From: a virus
Direction: 5' to 3' (one strand)
Virus record (IMG/VR): IMGVR_UViG_3300008807_000162
Location: 1-42,071 of that record
DNA length: 42,071 nucleotides
The position numbers were made by a program, and so were the translations under genes. This document shows positions 37,789-42,071 of the stretch, one piece after another; position 1 is the first letter of the stretch, and each line of letters opens with the position of its first letter. The notes under the pieces were generated by a model. It was not told the origin of the DNA. It ran no database searches and saw only the letters and a program-made list of their open reading frames with translations.

Positions 37789-39998
37789 ACGAGGACGCCA
37801 ACAACGTCACGTCGGCCGACACCGGCACGGTCGACACGCTCCAGAAGAGCATCAAGAACCCCAAGGACTGGCACAAGTATTGGCTGGCCGCGATTCAGCT
37901 TGCGGACAAGACGGAGAAGGATTGGCGCGAGGACGCCAAGGTCGCCATCCGTCAATTCCGGTCCGACAAGGACACGTACCGCACGGGCCGCTTCAACATC
38001 CTCTACGCCAACATGCAGACGATCTGCCCGGCTATCTACAATAGCTGGCCGGAAGCGGACGTCAGGGCGCGCTTTGGCGAGGCCATGCCGGTGGAGATGC
38101 CGCCGGTCGACCAGAACAACCCGCAGGCCGTGGAAATGGCCAAGGCGGCCACGGCCGCCGAGCAGGCGAAGGCCGATGCGCTCAACAAGGACCGCTCCAA
38201 CGTGAGCCAGTCCATCGAGCGCGGGATTTCCGTACAGGCTGACCTCTACGACTACGACGACGCCCTGAGAGCCGCGAATCAGGATCGCGAACTGCTGGGC
38301 CGCGCCATCACCCGCGTGCGGGTCAACCTCGTCCAGCAGGAGCCCACGACCGACCAGGAGACGGGCAACCAGATCCCCGGCGCCGTCGTCTCCAAGCATG
38401 TGACGTGGGAGCCGGTGCAGTGGGACCAGTTCAGGCTAGGACCTGCCAAGCAGTGGGCGGACACGCCGTGGATTGCCTTCGGCTGGCCGATGACGCGCGA
38501 CGAACTGGAGGGCATCAACGACAAGCTGGCATGGAAGGTCAAACTGGACCTCACCGTCGAAGGCCAGCCCGACAAGGACGCCCAGACGCCCGACATGTTC
38601 AAGCGGGCCATGGTCTGGGAAATCTGGGACCGCACGGAACGTAAGGTCTACTGGCTGGCCGAGAGCTACGACCAGGGGCCGCTTAAGGTCGAAGACGACC
38701 CGTACAAGCTGCGGCAGTTCTTCCCGATCCCCAAGCCGCTGGTCGCCATCCGGACGACTGACACGCAGGTTCCGATCTGCCCCTTCAGCGTGTGGCAGGC
38801 CCAGCAGACGGAGATGGACAGCCTGACGCGCCGCATCGGCGCGCTGATCTCGGTCATCCGGTGGCGTGGCGTTTACGACGGTGCTTTCGAGGCGGCCGTC
38901 AACGCCATGAAGAACCTGGACGAGGGCGAGCTTGCGCCCGCGCCCCAGTCGGCCCGTGCGCTGGTCGAGGGGGACATCGCCAAAGCCTTCTGGCTGATGC
39001 CCATCAAGGAGGCCATCGAGACGCTGAAGCAGCTCTACGAATCACGCGAGCTGTGCAAGCAGGTGATCTACGAGCTGACGGGCGTTGCCGACATTCTCCG
39101 CGGGGCCAGCGAGGCCAGCGAGACGGCGACGGCCCAGCAGCTCAAGGCGCAGTGGGGCAGCCTCCGGCTTCAGGACGCGCAGCGCGCTATTCAGGTGCAT
39201 GCCCGCGACCTGATGCGGCTCACGGCCGACCTGATGGGCCTGCATTTCACGACGGAAGAGATGTACGCCATGACGGGCATCCAGCTCACGCCGTCGCAGG
39301 AGAAGTTGTTCCGCACGGACATCGCCCGCGAGTTCAATCTGGACATCGAGACGGACGGCACGATCAAGGCCGACCTATCGAGGGCTCAGGAGAACGTGGG
39401 CGGCTTCGTCACCGGATTGGGTGGGTATTTCGAGGCCGTGGGGCCCGCCGTTCAGGCTCGCTACATGACGCCCGTGGAGGCCGTGGGACTGGCCCGCACC
39501 TTCGCCCGCAACTTCAAGCTGGGCAGGCAGGCCGACCACATTCTGGACGAGTGGCAGAAGCGGCTTGAGGCAGAGGCCAAGCAGCCGCCGCCGCCGCCGC
39601 CGCCCGATCCGAAGGTGCAGGCGGCACAGATCAAGGCTCAGGCCGACGCGCAGGCCGCACAGGCCGAAGTCGCCAGCGTGCAGATGAAGGCCGGCATCGA
39701 CCAGCAGATGATGCAGATGGAAGGCGCGCAGAAGGAGCGCGAATTCCAGATGGATATGACGCGGATGGACCGTGAGGACCAGCGCGACGCCCAGCAGCAC
39801 GCCATGCAGATGCAGACCGCACAGCAGGACCAGGCGCTCAAGGAGCGGGATCAGGCCATCCAGGAGCGCCAGCTTCAGCAGAACGCCGCCGCCGCAGAGC
39901 ACGGACACGGTCTCAAGATGGAAGTGATGGACGCGCAGGCGAAGGCCAAACGGGCCGCCGCCAACGCCAAACCCAAGGGTAATGGAGCGGCCAAATGA
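37785..39998 (+). CDS. Portal protein with Gln/Ala/Met-rich C-terminal tail
   Basis: 737 aa, GTGA overlap with terL. Size and position typical of a portal. PPPPPPPDPKVQAAQIKAQADAQAAQ... low-complexity C-terminus. Confidence 0.8.
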   Translation: MNEDANNVTSADTGTVDTLQKSIKNPKDWHKYWLAAIQLADKTEKDWREDAKVAIRQFRSDKDTYRTGRFNILYANMQTICPAIYNSWPEADVRARFGEAMPVEMPPVDQNNPQAVEMAKAATAAEQAKADALNKDRSNVSQSIERGISVQADLYDYDDALRAANQDRELLGRAITRVRVNLVQQEPTTDQETGNQIPGAVVSKHVTWEPVQWDQFRLGPAKQWADTPWIAFGWPMTRDELEGINDKLAWKVKLDLTVEGQPDKDAQTPDMFKRAMVWEIWDRTERKVYWLAESYDQGPLKVEDDPYKLRQFFPIPKPLVAIRTTDTQVPICPFSVWQAQQTEMDSLTRRIGALISVIRWRGVYDGAFEAAVNAMKNLDEGELAPAPQSARALVEGDIAKAFWLMPIKEAIETLKQLYESRELCKQVIYELTGVADILRGASEASETATAQQLKAQWGSLRLQDAQRAIQVHARDLMRLTADLMGLHFTTEEMYAMTGIQLTPSQEKLFRTDIAREFNLDIETDGTIKADLSRAQENVGGFVTGLGGYFEAVGPAVQARYMTPVEAVGLARTFARNFKLGRQADHILDEWQKRLEAEAKQPPPPPPPDPKVQAAQIKAQADAQAAQAEVASVQMKAGIDQQMMQMEGAQKEREFQMDMTRMDREDQRDAQQHAMQMQTAQQDQALKERDQAIQERQLQQNAAAAEHGHGLKMEVMDAQAKAKRAAANAKPKGNGAAK

Positions 39999-40159
39999 GC
40001 ATGACGAACGTCAAGCGGGAGTCCTTCGCAGGCTGGAACCGCGAGCGCTTCATCGAGCTTCACCACCACCTCATCAGCCCATGGGCCTACTCGGCGGATG
40101 AGATCAAGAAGCGCGACGCCATCCTGTTGCGGCGCGGGTGGGATCGCGTGGCCACATGA
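39995..40159 (+). CDS. Small hypothetical head-module protein (54 aa)
   Basis: Not in the ORF track. ATGA overlaps at both ends. Translates as MSMTNVKRESFAGWNRERFIELHHHLISPWAYSADEIKKRDAILLRRGWDRVAT. Confidence 0.5.
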   Translation: MSMTNVKRESFAGWNRERFIELHHHLISPWAYSADEIKKRDAILLRRGWDRVAT

Positions 40160-40479
40160 TCCAGCGCTATCGCCTCGCCCCTGACGGCACATGGCTCGAC
40201 AAAGCCACAGGCCTGCCCATGGAGACGCAGGAAGGCGTCTTCGCTCCGATCATGCAGCGCGACATGGCCGCCTATGTGAGCCCCGTCACCGGCAAGCCTG
40301 TGGATGGCCGCCGCGCGCGCCGGGAGGACCTGAAGCGCTCGAACAGCCGCGAGGTCGATCCGAGCGAGTGGAAGCCGACCTACGAGAACAAGAAGTACGC
40401 CGAAGCCAACAAGGGCGAGTGGGAGCCGCGCAAGACCGTCGACCTGGGCAGCGGCTACTACCGGCCGGGGAGTGCGTGA
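40156..40479 (+). CDS. Hypothetical head-module protein
   Basis: Met7 of ORF 40138..40479. 107 aa. Confidence 0.6.
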   Translation: MIQRYRLAPDGTWLDKATGLPMETQEGVFAPIMQRDMAAYVSPVTGKPVDGRRARREDLKRSNSREVDPSEWKPTYENKKYAEANKGEWEPRKTVDLGSGYYRPGSA

Positions 40480-40667
40480 TGGGAGTGCCGGTCATTCGCA
40501 TCAACGCGGGGGCGTCAGGGGATGAAGCGCTCGCGCAGGTCATCGCTCACATGGTCGCGCGCGGTTGGTTCACGGTGGAGGGGACTGCAACCATCGTTGA
40601 ACGCATCAATCGACACGCTGAAACACTCCGCATATTGCCTAACCACACATCCGGTGATACCGTATGA
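40479..40667 (+). CDS. Small hypothetical head-module protein
   Basis: Met97 of ORF 40191..40667. TGATG overlap. 62 aa. Confidence 0.5.
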   Translation: MGVPVIRINAGASGDEALAQVIAHMVARGWFTVEGTATIVERINRHAETLRILPNHTSGDTV

Positions 40668-41710
40668 GCGACGAGATTCAGCAGCCAGTTGTCGAGGCCC
40701 CGAGCGCTCCCGCAGTAGAAGCGCCCTCAGTTCCGGCACAAGTCGAAAGCCCGCAGTCGCTCGACGACACGCTGGCCAAGACGATGGCAGAGATAAAAGC
40801 CCGTCGCCCCGAGCAGGGGGCAGACGGTAAGTTCATTGCGAAGGCTGGCGCGACACCCGCGACGCCCGAGCTACAGGTTCCCGGCAGCCCCGAGGCTGCG
40901 ACGCCCGAACCGGCATTGCCGGCCATCGAAGCGCCCCAGTCGTTGCCGGACGACGTGAAGAAGGTGTGGTCTACGCTTCCACGCTCCGTTCAGGAGACCT
41001 GGAGTCGGCGCGAAGGCGAGACGCACGCAAAGATCACGGCGGATGGGGAGCGGCTCAAGTCTCTCGGCGCATTCGAGGAACTCAGCACTTCCGTTCAGGA
41101 TCGCTTGAAGCAGGTCAACGCACCGGCCCCGGAATACTTCCGGCGTCTGGCGGCAGCGGATCAGCTCCTTGTCCAGAACGGCCCGGCTGGGCTCCGACAG
41201 ATCGCGCAGCTTTACGGGATCGACCCACGAGTCGCTTTCGGCGTCGGCCAGCCCGGTCAGGGGCAGCCGGCAGACCCCCATTTCAGCGCGCTCGTTCAGG
41301 AAGTGAGCGCCCTCAAATCCCAGATCGCGGATCAGCAGGAAATCGCAAGGAAGCAGAGCCTTACCCAGGCCGAAGCGAAGATCGAGGCGTTCAAGAAGAA
41401 CGCCCCGCACTTCGACAAGGTCGAGGCGACGATGACGACACTCTACCGGGACAACCCGAGTCTGTCGTTGGAACAGCTCTACGACATGGCGGTCAACGCT
41501 AATCCCGAGACTCGCAAGATCCTCGCGGACGAACAGGCGGCCAAGGCGAAAGCCGAAGCCGACGAAAAGCAGAAGCAGGATCAGGCAGCGGCGGCCAAGC
41601 TCGCCACGCTCGCCCGCAAGCCGGGCAGCGTGGGGACGGTCGCCAAGGCCGGCGGCAGTTGGGAAGACACGATGGGCGCAACGTTCAGGAATATCAGGGC
41701 GCGCGGCTAA
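40664..41710 (+). CDS. Scaffolding protein
   Basis: 348 aa, ATGA overlap. Acidic/Pro-Ala-rich N-terminus and long helical Ala/Lys/Gln/Glu-rich region. Immediately upstream of the capsid gene. Confidence 0.65.
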   Translation: MSDEIQQPVVEAPSAPAVEAPSVPAQVESPQSLDDTLAKTMAEIKARRPEQGADGKFIAKAGATPATPELQVPGSPEAATPEPALPAIEAPQSLPDDVKKVWSTLPRSVQETWSRREGETHAKITADGERLKSLGAFEELSTSVQDRLKQVNAPAPEYFRRLAAADQLLVQNGPAGLRQIAQLYGIDPRVAFGVGQPGQGQPADPHFSALVQEVSALKSQIADQQEIARKQSLTQAEAKIEAFKKNAPHFDKVEATMTTLYRDNPSLSLEQLYDMAVNANPETRKILADEQAAKAKAEADEKQKQDQAAAAKLATLARKPGSVGTVAKAGGSWEDTMGATFRNIRARG

Positions 41711-41722
41711 GGAACCGCAGCA

Positions 41723-42071
41723 ATGGCTTCTCCCAGTGCAGTCTTCACGGAGTTGGTCACTTCGACCCTCCGTAACCACCCGTCCGAAATCGCCGACAAC
41801 GTCAGCCAGAACAACGCCCTGTGGCGCTACCTCAAGCGCAAGGGCAAGATCGACCTTGAGGACGGCGGCTACGAGATCGTCCGAAACCTCGACTACGCCA
41901 ACAACCAGACGTACCAGCGCTATTCGGGCTTCGACACGCTGAATATCGGCGCGTCGGACGTCCTGACGGCGGCCGCGTATCCATGGATGCAGGCGGCGGT
42001 CAACGTCACCGCGTCCGGTCGCGAACTCCGCATGAACAGCGGCGACAACGCGATCTTCAACCTGTCGAAGG
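41723..42071 (+). CDS. Major capsid protein, N-terminal part (runs off the window end and continues at 100..716)
   Basis: ATG 41723 with AAGGAA upstream. No stop before the window end. In frame with ORF 15..716 through the 99-nt overlap. Confidence 0.75.
   Translation, partial: MASPSAVFTELVTSTLRNHPSEIADNVSQNNALWRYLKRKGKIDLEDGGYEIVRNLDYANNQTYQRYSGFDTLNIGASDVLTAAAYPWMQAAVNVTASGRELRMNSGDNAIFNLSK
41973..42071. repeat. Terminal overlap, identical to 1..99
   Basis: Read directly. Confidence 0.95.

Larger units (their letters stand above)
1..42071. mobile_element. Complete circularly closed temperate phage genome, podovirus-like layout, unit length 41,972 bp
   Basis: First 99 nt are identical to the last 99 nt. 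All phage modules are present (packaging, head, internal virion proteins, fibre, lysis, integration, recombination, immunity, replication). No tape-measure, sheath or tail-tube genes seen. Confidence 0.85.

Overview
The window is one complete, circularly closed genome of a GC-rich temperate phage. The unit length is 41,972 bp. The first and last 99 nt are identical and the junction falls inside the major capsid gene, so the repeat is an assembly overlap rather than a physical end. A late operon of about 21.7 kb runs on the + strand: small and large terminase (36182-37788), portal, scaffold, capsid (across the junction), a decoration-like protein, adaptor- and nozzle-like proteins, three internal virion/ejection proteins (one with a lytic transglycosylase domain), a glycine-rich tail fibre, a beta-helix depolymerase, and a lysis cassette ending at 15959. 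It contains no tape-measure, sheath or tail-tube genes, which gives a podovirus-like layout. Next come an attP-like gap, integrase and excisionase, and a leftward early operon of about 9.7 kb (RecT, NinB-like, Gp157-like, HNH, Lar-like, many small ORFs). The immunity region holds a lipoprotein gene and an XRE repressor, bracketed by inverted promoter-operator modules. The rightward early operon encodes a Cro-like protein, a DnaA-domain-IV protein, HNH endonucleases, a GapR-like protein, VRR-NUC, an adenine methyltransferase, DUF1376 and a GcrA-like protein. Genes are chained by ATGA/GTGA/TGATG start-stop overlaps. The GapR-like, GcrA-like and GTA-type holin genes point to an alphaproteobacterial host. 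Two things stand out. The first is an oppositely oriented, operator-controlled 3-gene cassette (33571-34459) with acr-aca or antirepressor-like architecture. The second is a family of at least nine dispersed GCTGACGCCTC-containing elements at gene boundaries of the early modules. All functional calls come from motif recognition by eye. No database search was possible.
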